A stretch of 64,000 bases of DNA from Phycisphaerae bacterium (GTDB lineage: Bacteria; Planctomycetota; Phycisphaerae; UBA1845; Fen-1342): assembly GCA_050115495.1 (NCBI GenBank), contig JASFQK010000018.1:32001-96000 (forward strand), given 5' to 3'. The translations under genes were made by a program, and so were the position numbers. The notes below the pieces were generated by a model, which saw only the letters and a program-made list of their open reading frames with translations, had not been told where the DNA came from and did no database searches. Positions 27,183 to 36,009 of the stretch are shown one piece after another. Positions within the stretch are counted from its first letter, which is position 1. Every line of letters starts with the position of its first letter.

Positions 27183-27215
27183 AAAACCGCGGCGCGGGCG
27201 AACCCGCGCCGCGGT
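27183..27215 (-). terminator. Rho-independent terminator after acs
   Basis: Minus strand ACCGCGGCGCGGG-TTCG-CCCGCGCCGCGGT followed by TTT. Confidence 0.8.
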
Positions 27216-27229
27216 CCATGCCGTGCAGC

Positions 27230-29212
27230 CTAGGCCGGCTTGTTCGCGATCAGGTTTTCCACGACGCTCGGGTCGGCAAGCGTCGACGTGTCGCCGATGG
27301 CCTCCGTCTGGTTCTCGGCGATCTTGCGCAGGATGCGGCGCATGATCTTGCCGGAACGGGTCTTGGGCAGGCCGGGGGCCCAGTGAACGACGTCCGGCGT
27401 GGCGATCGGGCCGATCTCCGTGCGGACGTGCTTGACCAGCTCCTTCTTGAGCTCGTCGGTGTATTCCTGGCCGGCGATCAGCGTCACGTAGGCGTAGATG
27501 CCCTGGCCCTTGATGTCGTGCGGATAGCCGACGACGGCGGCCTCGGCGACCGCCGGGTGCGACACGAGGGCGCTTTCGACCTCGGCCGTGCCCATGCGGT
27601 GGCCGGACACGTTGATGACATCGTCGACGCGGCCGGTGATCCAGTAGTAGCCGTCCTCATCGCGGCGGCAACCGTCGCCGGTGAAGTACTGGCCGGCGTA
27701 CGATGAGAAGTACGTCTCCTTGAAGCGTTCGTGCTGGCCGTAGACGGTGCGCATCATGCCGGGCCAGGGTTCGGCGATGCAGAGCACGCCGGAACCGGCG
27801 CCCTTGATCTCCTCACCCTCGGCGGTGAGCAGCATGGGCTTGACGCCGAAGAAGGGCAGGGTGGCCGAGCCGGGCTTGAGACCCCAGGCACCAGGCAGGG
27901 GGGTGATGAGAATGCCGCCGGTCTCAGTCTGCCACCAGGTGTCGACGATGGGGCAGCGCTCGTGGCCGACGTGCTTGTGGTACCAGAGCCAGGCCTCGGG
28001 GTTGATGGGCTCGCCGACGGAGCCGAGGAGGCGGAGGCTGGTGAGCTTGTGCTTCTGCACGAAGCTCTCACCCTCGCGCATCAGGGCGCGGATGGCGGTG
28101 GGGGCGGTGTAGAACTGGTTGACCTGGTACTTGTCGCAGACCTCCCAGAAGCGGCCGGCGTCGGGATACGTCGGCACGCCCTCGAACATGATCGACTTCG
28201 CCCCGTTGGCCAGCGGGCCATAGACGATGTACGAGTGGCCGGTGACCCAGCCGATGTCGGCCGTGCACCAGAACATGTCGCCATCGTGGTAGTCGAAGAT
28301 GTACTTGAAGGTGGTGGCCGTGTAGACCATGTAGCCACCGATGGTGTGCAGCACGCCCTTGGGCTTGCCGGTCGAGCCGGAGGTGTAGAGGATGAAGAGG
28401 GGATCCTCGGCGTCCATCCACTCGCAGGGGCAGTCGGGCGAGGCCTTGGCCATGACGTCGTCCCACCAGTGGTCACGGCCTTCCTTCATGTCGATCTTGA
28501 CGCGGTCGCCCACGCGCTTGTAGACGATGCAGGTTTTGACGTTCACGCCCTGCTTGGCGCAGATGTCCATGGCCGCATCCGCGTTGGCCTTGAGCGTGAC
28601 GGCCTTGGCGCCGCGCATCACACCGTCGGTCGTGACCAGGAAGGTGCAGGTCGAGTCGACGATGCGGTCGGCCAGCGAGTCGGGGCTGAAGCCGCCGAAG
28701 ACGATGGAGTGGATCGCGCCGATGCGGGCACAGGCCAGCATGGCGATGGCCAACTCCTTGACCATGGGCATGTAGATCGAGACGCGGTCGCCCTTCTTCA
28801 CGCCGTACTGCTTGAGGACGTTGGCGAACTTGCAGACCTCGGCGTGCAGTTGACGGTAGGTGAGGCGGGCGTCTTCGCCGGGCTCGTTGCCTTCCCAGAT
28901 GATGGCGTCCTGGTCGCCGCGCGTATCGAGGTGGCGGTCCAGGCAGTTGTAGGTGATGTTGGTCTTGCCGCCCTGGAACCACTTGATGGAGATGCTGCCG
29001 GTGAAGTCGTATTCACGGACGCTGGTCCACTTCTGCTTCCAGTAGAAGTCCTTCTCCGCGATCTCGCCCCAGAAACCCGCGGGGTCGTCGAGCGAGCGCT
29101 TGTACATTTCCTGGTACTGCTCGAAGGACTTGATGTGGGCCTTCTGGACGAACTCGGCCGGGGGATGGAACAGCTCTTTGCCGGTCGCCTCGCTGGAGCC
29201 CGCTGCCGCCAT
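27230..29212 (-). CDS. acs: Acetyl-CoA synthetase
   Basis: [64 protein letters not shown]. Confidence 0.97.
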   Translation of the reverse strand: MAAAGSSEATGKELFHPPAEFVQKAHIKSFEQYQEMYKRSLDDPAGFWGEIAEKDFYWKQKWTSVREYDFTGSISIKWFQGGKTNITYNCLDRHLDTRGDQDAIIWEGNEPGEDARLTYRQLHAEVCKFANVLKQYGVKKGDRVSIYMPMVKELAIAMLACARIGAIHSIVFGGFSPDSLADRIVDSTCTFLVTTDGVMRGAKAVTLKANADAAMDICAKQGVNVKTCIVYKRVGDRVKIDMKEGRDHWWDDVMAKASPDCPCEWMDAEDPLFILYTSGSTGKPKGVLHTIGGYMVYTATTFKYIFDYHDGDMFWCTADIGWVTGHSYIVYGPLANGAKSIMFEGVPTYPDAGRFWEVCDKYQVNQFYTAPTAIRALMREGESFVQKHKLTSLRLLGSVGEPINPEAWLWYHKHVGHERCPIVDTWWQTETGGILITPLPGAWGLKPGSATLPFFGVKPMLLTAEGEEIKGAGSGVLCIAEPWPGMMRTVYGQHERFKETYFSSYAGQYFTGDGCRRDEDGYYWITGRVDDVINVSGHRMGTAEVESALVSHPAVAEAAVVGYPHDIKGQGIYAYVTLIAGQEYTDELKKELVKHVRTEIGPIATPDVVHWAPGLPKTRSGKIMRRILRKIAENQTEAIGDTSTLADPSVVENLIANKPA

Positions 29213-29691
29213 GTTGTTCTCCTGTCAAGTGCTGCCAGATTCTCCGGAACTACTCTGCCCGCGGACGGCCCGGCGGCATGCGCCGACCTCGCCTCGCGGT
29301 ACTCCTGAGATGCCCTGTGGGCATCGATGATCGCGCCGGAACGTGGACCACTACCGCTGTGTGGCCGTGGATTGAGCGTTGCTCAATGACCGGGCACTGA
29401 TTGTGGGCTGAAGCCGGCGGGATTTCCGCCGACAGACCTGCTCTGCTGGCCAGGGCCGAGGCGGCCGCTGACCGAGCGATTAGGATTCGTGCCTCATAGC
29501 GTACAGAGCAATCCCCATCCCGCAAGCCCCCGGTCCCGGCAAAAGCCCGTTTCACCGGTTGGAAAGGGGACACGCGGCCATGTTGCGCAGAAAACATGTG
29601 CGATTCGTTGCTCTCGGCCGACTATAATCCGCCCGAGGGCGGTTGCCGGCAGGGTCCCGGAAGGCCGGACCTCGGCGTCGGAGGAGGCGGC

Positions 29692-31173
29692 ATGCTCAGG
29701 CTCGACGGCCTGCGCATCGAGGCGATTGTCGGTCTTGAAGTCCACGTGCAGCTCGCCACGCGGACCAAGATGTTCTGCGCCTGCCCGGTCGAGTTCGGTG
29801 CGCCGCCGAATTCGCGAACCTGCCCCGTCTGCCTGGGGCTTCCAGGAGCGCTTCCGGTGCCGAACCGGGCGGCGGTCGGCCACGCGATCCGGACAGCGTT
29901 GGCCCTCAATTGCTCCATCGCGGATTTCACGAAGTGGGATCGCAAGAATTACTTCTACCCTGACCAGCCGAAGAACTACCAGATCACGCAGTACGACCTG
30001 CCGCTGACGCATGACGGGCATTTCGAGTTCACCCTCGGCCACTACCCGCGACGCGTGCGCATCCGCCGCGTCCATCTCGAAGAGGATGCCGGCAAGAACG
30101 TGCACGATCTGGCCGGCGGGACCGGCGTCGATCTGAACCGCGCCGGCACGCCACTGCTGGAGATTGTCACCGAGCCCGACTTGCGGTCGGCGGAGGAGGT
30201 GCGGGAGTGCGCCGTCCAGCTTCACCGGCTGGTGCGTTATCTCGGCGTGAGCGAGGCGGTGATGCAGCGGGGGCAGATGCGTTTCGAGCCGAACATCAAC
30301 GTTCGTATACTCAATGGCCGCAAGGAATCCCGCACGCCCATCGTTGAGGTCAAGAACCTCAACTCCTTCCACGCCCTTCAGCAGGCCGTCCAGCATGAGA
30401 TCGACCGTCAGGTGGAGCTGTGGCGAGACGACGGCGTGACCGCTGAATCGGGCAACAAGTCCAACCGGGGTTGGGACGACGGTCGCGGCGTCACCGTGCC
30501 GCAACGCGGCAAGGAAGAGGCCCACGATTATCGGTACTTCCCCGAGCCGGATCTTGTGCCGCTCTGCATCGACCGGCTGTGGGTCGGGCAGCTTAAGACC
30601 GACATGCCGGAATTGCCGGTCTATCGCGCCGAGCGCTACGTCAGCGAGTACAAGATCTCGCGTCGGGAGGCTTCGGTCTTGGTCGATGACCGGGCGACGG
30701 CGGACCTGCTGGATGATGCGGCGGACGCGGGTGGGGACAAGCGGACGCTGGCCAAACAGTTTCTTGGATTGTGGGCCCGTTTAGCCTGCGATCGTGGGAC
30801 GACGATCGCCGGGCTGGGTGTGTCGCCGGGGCGTCTGGCGGAGTTGGCGAATCTGGTTTGCGGTGGGCGGCTGAACGCGACGGCAGGGGCGCGGGTCGCG
30901 GAAGCGATGCTGGCCAACCACGATCCGCCGACGGCGGTGGCCGAGCGGCTGGGCGTGATGCAGGATCGTGATCGGACTCGCGTGGCGGTCTGGGTCGACG
31001 AAGCGCTGGCGCAGAACGAGCGAGCGGTACGCGATGCGCTGGTGAATCCGAAGAAGCGACGGGCCGCGCGCGGTTATCTGGTGGGGCAGGTGATGCAGGC
31101 GTCGGGTGGCCGGGCGGACCCGAGACTGGTCGCCGATCTGATCGACGGTCGGCTGAAAGCGCGGCAGGATTGA
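29692..31173 (+). CDS. gatB: Asp/Glu-tRNA amidotransferase subunit B
   Basis: VGLEVHVQL, CPVCLGLPGALP, RKNYFYPD, HLEEDAGK, NRAGTPLLEIV, KEEAHDYRYFPEPD, GQVM...GRADP; GGAGG RBS; TATAAT at 29623. Confidence 0.95.
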   Translation: MLRLDGLRIEAIVGLEVHVQLATRTKMFCACPVEFGAPPNSRTCPVCLGLPGALPVPNRAAVGHAIRTALALNCSIADFTKWDRKNYFYPDQPKNYQITQYDLPLTHDGHFEFTLGHYPRRVRIRRVHLEEDAGKNVHDLAGGTGVDLNRAGTPLLEIVTEPDLRSAEEVRECAVQLHRLVRYLGVSEAVMQRGQMRFEPNINVRILNGRKESRTPIVEVKNLNSFHALQQAVQHEIDRQVELWRDDGVTAESGNKSNRGWDDGRGVTVPQRGKEEAHDYRYFPEPDLVPLCIDRLWVGQLKTDMPELPVYRAERYVSEYKISRREASVLVDDRATADLLDDAADAGGDKRTLAKQFLGLWARLACDRGTTIAGLGVSPGRLAELANLVCGGRLNATAGARVAEAMLANHDPPTAVAERLGVMQDRDRTRVAVWVDEALAQNERAVRDALVNPKKRRAARGYLVGQVMQASGGRADPRLVADLIDGRLKARQD

Positions 31174-31677
31174 GGGGCGCGGGGGCCGGGGGGATTCCGG
31201 CAGAATCGACATATTCTGACGAGAGCCGGGCGGTGCGGAAATCGGATTAAGGGTTGTAGCCCGGCAGCCAGTGCATGGCGGGGATCATCTGTGACAGCCC
31301 CTCACCGGGAGGACAATTCGCGATGTCCCCGCCAGTCGCCTCGACCTACGACCATCTGGCGCTCGCAACCGCCGGCGTGGCGACACGTCGGCTGCCGGCG
31401 GTCGCCCGCGTGGAGGCACACCGCGCGGGCGACTCCGTTTGGCGGCGCGCCCTGGGGAGGCCTTCACACGGGGCGTGCACGTTCGGTGGTTGCCACCGGA
31501 TGGGTGTTGCCCGCGCCCGGGCCGAAGCCCCCACGCCGCCATCTTGATGTGACCCTTCTCATGTGCCACGTGCACACGCGACGCCCGGGCCGGATTCCCG
31601 AGACCAGCATCTCTCCCCGGTGCTGAAACCCCGGCCCCGGGCGGTGTGCGCGCGGCGGGGAGCCAGGGGGATACCCG

Positions 31678-31723
31678 GAAAAGGCCGGTGCCCCGACCCG
31701 CTGGTTGGCGAGCCGGGGCACCG
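31678..31723 (-). terminator. Terminator after C25 protease A
   Basis: Minus strand CCGGTGCCCCG...CGGGGCACCGG followed by CCTTTT. Confidence 0.65.
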
Positions 31724-31763
31724 GATCAGTCTTCAGGCAGACGTCTGGTTGCGGTCAATCCGA

Positions 31764-34700
31764 CTACGGATTGAGCAGCAACTGGACGAACGGCGTGATG
31801 TCGAAGTTGTCGACGTTACCGTCGCCGTTGATGTCCGCGAACATGATGTCGCAACCGGGGTACTGCACCGCGTACTCGGTGGGGTTGGTCACCGCCAGCA
31901 CGAAGGGCGAGATGTCGAAGTTGTCGACGTTCAGGTCGCAGTTGAGGTCGCCGACGAGGCCCTCGAAAGGCACGAGCCCCCAGATCTGGACGTCGTCGAT
32001 GTTCCAGCCGGGATAGGTGACCGAGCCGTCCGTCGGGCCCATGCCCCAGCGGACGTAGACGGTCGCCTGGTGGTCGGCCACGGCCGAGATGTCGAAGGCC
32101 TGCTCGGACCAGGCCGAGTCGCTGATGGCCGTCGTGCTGGTGTGGTTCCAGACGGTCGTCCAGGCCGTGCCGTTGTTGGAGACCGCCACGTTCGCATGGT
32201 CGTACGTGGCGGATTCGACGCCCAGCCACCGCATGAAGCGCAGCTCGGTGTCGCTCACGTTCGAGCAATCCAGGGCCGACGTGGTGAGATACATCGTCGT
32301 GCTCATGTCATCCGGGTAGTCGCCGGCCAGGTTGTAGCCGTAGACGTTGGTGCCGGTGTACCCGCTGTGGGGGTCGTAGTTGTGGCTGCCGCCACCGGTC
32401 GGCTGACCGTACGCCCACTGGCCGGTCGTGGACCAACCGGGGTCCGTGTCGAAGTTGAACGCGTGGACCAGTTGCGGGCCGCCGACGGTGATGGACACCG
32501 TGGCGTCGAACGAGGCCTGCTCATCCTCGACGCGGTAGGTGAAGCTGTCCGGACCGACGTAGGTGTTCACCGGATCGTAGGTGACGGTGTCACCGCCGGC
32601 CAGCAGCGTGTACGGCACGGTGGTGATGGTGCCGCCGTTCGGATCGCGCAGGGCGCCGTTGGCCGGTAGGCTGACGATGACGTAGGTCAGCGGTAGGCCC
32701 TGGATGGACTCACCGTCGAGGGTGATCGGTCCGGGCAGAACCTCGGGCACGGTCACCGTGACGTCGTGCGCGATCGGCGGGCAGGTCTCGCCCAGCGGGA
32801 CGATACGCAGCGCCCAGCTATTGAGCGAGCCTTCGTCGGAGCCGGCGCTGTCCTGCACGGTCAGTGTCCAGGTGCCGTTGACGCCGAGGTAGTTGAAGTC
32901 GGCGAGGGCGCCCGGCCCGTCGGGCATGGTGCCGTCCTGCTCGTCGTAGGTGGTGACGATGTCCTCTTCGGTGCCGCCGGTGCGATTGTGCAGCACGACA
33001 CTGACGCCGGTGGGCGAGGTCAGCGTGACGGTGAGGTCACCGATGTAGGTGTGCGTGATGTCCATGTCGACGTCGACGTCACCGACGCAGTAGTGGTCGA
33101 CGACGTTGATCGTGCTGGTGATCGTGGTGTAGTCGTTGATGTCCTGCGGCACGTCGTTCGGCGTGTAGAGGACGCGGCCGACCTCAAGGAGGACGTCGCG
33201 GGTAGCGCTGCCCTCGCCGCTGGTCACGTTCACGAAGTTCACCGTACCGTTGTACATGCCGACCTCGAGGAGCTCGGCGGCGGCGGAGATGCCGACGGTG
33301 ACGGTGGCGGAGTCACCGGTGCCGTTGAGCACGAAGCTCAGCGGGTCGGTGTCGCCGTCGAGGCTGATCCAGTCCTGCGTGGCGGTGACTTCGACGGTCA
33401 CCGGCGTGGGCCGGAGGCTGGTCACGGTGTAGGTGACGAAGCCGGTGAAGGGGCCACCGAGCGGGCCGCCGGTCTGGAGGCCGTAGGTGGGATCGACACT
33501 GATGATGGTGCGGCCGACGTCGAGGACGACGGGACGCGTGGCGTTGCCGTCACCGGTGGTCAGGTTGATGAAGTCGACGACGGCCTCGTAGTGGCCGTTG
33601 CCGAAGGTGTAGGCCTCGGCGCCGAGGGCGACGGTGACGTAGACCTCGCCGTCGACGGGGATGGTGCCGGTGCCGTTGGTGATGTCAATCCAGGTCGCCG
33701 TGGTGGAGACGCTGTAGTCGAGCGGGGCGTCGGTGTTGTTACGGAGCGTGTAGACCTGGTTGTCGGGGTCGAAGGGACCGCCGGCCATACCCTCGGTCAT
33801 CAGGCCGCCGCCGGGGGTGACGCGCAGGTCAGCTCCGCCGCCGGGTTCGGGGATCCACAGGCTGGGATCGCCCATGAGGTTGTACATTTCGAAGTAGCGG
33901 CGGACGGTGCCGGGGTCGTCCTCGAAGTAGGGGGCGAAGAGGACCATGGCGGCCTGCCAGGCGGGGCTCACCTCGCGCTGGGGGTTCTCGGGATCGTAGA
34001 TGACGTCGAAGAGCTTCTTCTCGAGGATGTCGTCCTCATCCCAGTAACTGGAGACCGAGGAGCCGTACATGGTGGCGGCGCCTTTGTCTTCCTCGCGGAG
34101 CCAGGTCTCGGTGAAGCACTCGTTCTGATACTCGTAGTCGCCGGTCGAGCAGGCGAAGCTGCACACGAACGCGTAAAGCTGGTAGTTGAAGAGGTCCCGC
34201 ACGTTGGCCTGGGAGAACGCCGGACCGTCCCCCCAGCTCGTCGAGCCACCGTGGCCGGAGTAGATGCCGTAGACGCGGCCGTTGTTGAAGGCGTCGCTCA
34301 CCTGCTGGGTGGTCGCATTGTAGGTATGGCAATAGAGCTTGTCGGACGCGATCTCGTTCGGCACCATGTAGTTTTCGATGACGTAGTTGTGGGTGCCTTC
34401 ACTGACCTGGTAGTTGTCCTCCGAGGCCATGAAGACGGCGCGCGTGGCGTACTCGGGGTCGGCCCAGTTGCCGTCCTCGATGTCGATCGTCTTCTCGATG
34501 ATCGCCTCGAGCTCCTCGGGGGCGCGCACGGAGAAACGGCCGAGGGCGATGTCGGGGTAGTAATCGCTGCCACCGTCCATGCAGGCGTACTGGATATCGG
34601 TGTCGGGCGAGCCCGTGCCGCTGCCGGTCCAGGCCGGGATGGTATCCGTGTCACCCACCAGCAGGATGTAGGCCGGCGAATCCGCGCCGCCGTAGAGGCT

Positions 34701-35591
34701 GGCGATGTAGTTCTTGATGGTCGTGGCGCTCGTGCCCGCGGGAACCGTGTAGGTCTCGACGTCGTAGCCCTCGGCCGTCTTGTAGTTGGCGAAGGGGACG
34801 ATATCGTCGGCGTAGGCTTGGGCGACGACGATCAGGTAGTCATTGTCGGCGCGGCCGCTGACGACCGGCACCAGACTGGGGTTCAGCACGACGCTCTGGA
34901 GCACCGGCAGCGGGAGCACCTGGCTCATCTGCCCGCCGACAAACTGCACTTCCACGTCGATCTGCGGGTAGAAGACAACCTGTTCGGCCGCGGGGTTGTA
35001 GGCGACCGGCCAGATCTCGAGGACCATCAGGCGCTGGCCGCGCATGATGCCCAGCTCGCGGACGACGACGCGCTCGGTGCCGTAGTTCACGTTGCCGTAG
35101 GCCGCGGCGTCATAGACGAACTCGGCGTTGTCGGCGGCGCCGGGGATCTTGGGCAGGGGGGGCTGAACGGGAACGAGCCGAAGCTGCGTCCCGAGCAGGT
35201 CGCTGCCGAACGCGTGGCCGGCGCCGGTCCGGGCGCTGGCGGTCACTGCGGCGCCCAGCGGGGCGGTGAAGACCCGGCGGATCACCGGGACGGTGGGCTG
35301 ACCGTACGTGCCGGCCACTGCCGAGTCCGGCAGACGCACGCACGTGAACTCGCCGAGCTCGCTCTTGCGGTAGCTGAGAGCCAGACCGGGTGCGTCCACC
35401 GCAACGTGGAACCCGCCGCGGCCGAAGTCATCAACGGCCAGCGCGGGTGCCGCGGGCGGAGTCGCCTCCTTGATACCTACATCCCCTGACGGGCCGACCG
35501 TTACCCATTGGTCGGCGAGCGTCGCGCTTGTGCAACACAGGCCCAGGATCACCGGGGCCAACAATAGAAGCCACCTTCCTCGTGCGTGCAT
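31764..35591 (-). CDS. Gingipain-like C25 cysteine protease A: propeptide, catalytic domain, two BACON-like repeats, P-domain, Ig-like, jelly-roll, dockerin-like tail
   Basis: Signal peptide; propeptide GQPTVPV; YILLVGD, IALGRF, YSGHGG (His), SFACSTG (Cys), YNLMGDP; ITHTYIGDL...GTWTL..D P-domain; GWNIDD; duplicated GDLNCD/ADINGD loops; GGAGG RBS. Confidence 0.92.
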   Translation of the reverse strand: MHARGRWLLLLAPVILGLCCTSATLADQWVTVGPSGDVGIKEATPPAAPALAVDDFGRGGFHVAVDAPGLALSYRKSELGEFTCVRLPDSAVAGTYGQPTVPVIRRVFTAPLGAAVTASARTGAGHAFGSDLLGTQLRLVPVQPPLPKIPGAADNAEFVYDAAAYGNVNYGTERVVVRELGIMRGQRLMVLEIWPVAYNPAAEQVVFYPQIDVEVQFVGGQMSQVLPLPVLQSVVLNPSLVPVVSGRADNDYLIVVAQAYADDIVPFANYKTAEGYDVETYTVPAGTSATTIKNYIASLYGGADSPAYILLVGDTDTIPAWTGSGTGSPDTDIQYACMDGGSDYYPDIALGRFSVRAPEELEAIIEKTIDIEDGNWADPEYATRAVFMASEDNYQVSEGTHNYVIENYMVPNEIASDKLYCHTYNATTQQVSDAFNNGRVYGIYSGHGGSTSWGDGPAFSQANVRDLFNYQLYAFVCSFACSTGDYEYQNECFTETWLREEDKGAATMYGSSVSSYWDEDDILEKKLFDVIYDPENPQREVSPAWQAAMVLFAPYFEDDPGTVRRYFEMYNLMGDPSLWIPEPGGGADLRVTPGGGLMTEGMAGGPFDPDNQVYTLRNNTDAPLDYSVSTTATWIDITNGTGTIPVDGEVYVTVALGAEAYTFGNGHYEAVVDFINLTTGDGNATRPVVLDVGRTIISVDPTYGLQTGGPLGGPFTGFVTYTVTSLRPTPVTVEVTATQDWISLDGDTDPLSFVLNGTGDSATVTVGISAAAELLEVGMYNGTVNFVNVTSGEGSATRDVLLEVGRVLYTPNDVPQDINDYTTITSTINVVDHYCVGDVDVDMDITHTYIGDLTVTLTSPTGVSVVLHNRTGGTEEDIVTTYDEQDGTMPDGPGALADFNYLGVNGTWTLTVQDSAGSDEGSLNSWALRIVPLGETCPPIAHDVTVTVPEVLPGPITLDGESIQGLPLTYVIVSLPANGALRDPNGGTITTVPYTLLAGGDTVTYDPVNTYVGPDSFTYRVEDEQASFDATVSITVGGPQLVHAFNFDTDPGWSTTGQWAYGQPTGGGSHNYDPHSGYTGTNVYGYNLAGDYPDDMSTTMYLTTSALDCSNVSDTELRFMRWLGVESATYDHANVAVSNNGTAWTTVWNHTSTTAISDSAWSEQAFDISAVADHQATVYVRWGMGPTDGSVTYPGWNIDDVQIWGLVPFEGLVGDLNCDLNVDNFDISPFVLAVTNPTEYAVQYPGCDIMFADINGDGNVDNFDITPFVQLLLNP

Positions 35592-35905
35592 GTAAGTGTT
35601 CCTCCAGGTGCGATACAGCGAGCGAGCGCGGTATCCGCCGCGCCGCGAAATCAATCCCGGCTAACCCCCCGTGAAGACCATACTCGGAACCGTAATCAGC
35701 AGAGCGTACGTGTAGTGCAGACCCATCACGGAGTTGTCCATCCCATGCTCCGTTCCCCACGACCGGCTGGGCGCAGCGCACAGTCGATCGTTCCATTATC
35801 GCCTGTCGTCGTCGTAGACTCAAGCGGATCGGCGTGGGTTGGCGCCAGTGCATTTGCGCACCACCGCCCACACCCGGTAATCGGGATACGTGTTATAGGA
35901 TGGGC

Positions 35906-35920
35906 GCAGTTATCGGGCCA
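35906..35920 (-). promoter_or_regulatory. Possible sigma54 (-24/-12) promoter of C25 protease A
   Basis: Minus strand TGGCCCGATAACTGC has GG-N10-GC spacing; a TATAAC box at 35892-35897 is an alternative. Confidence 0.4.
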
Positions 35921-35958
35921 CCGGCAGGAAGGCCGTGCGGATTCCCCCTCTCGGCTGT

Positions 35959-35991
35959 CCGGGTGCCGGCCGGGGCGGCCGGCACCCGGGA
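35959..35991 (-). terminator. Hairpin after C25 protease B
   Basis: CCGGGTGCCGGCC...GGCCGGCACCCGG inverted repeat; no U tail. Confidence 0.5.
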
Positions 35992-36009
35992 GTCCACTCA
36001 CTCAGCTAT

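Noticed and set aside
29692..31173. gatB without gatA/gatC as a novelty
   Set aside because: Split gat genes are common and the catalytic motifs look ordinary
35592..35900. c-di-GMP riboswitch in the protease A leader (GCAAA-containing hairpin)
   Set aside because: Lacks the GGCAAAC...GAAA...GACGCAAAGC arrangement
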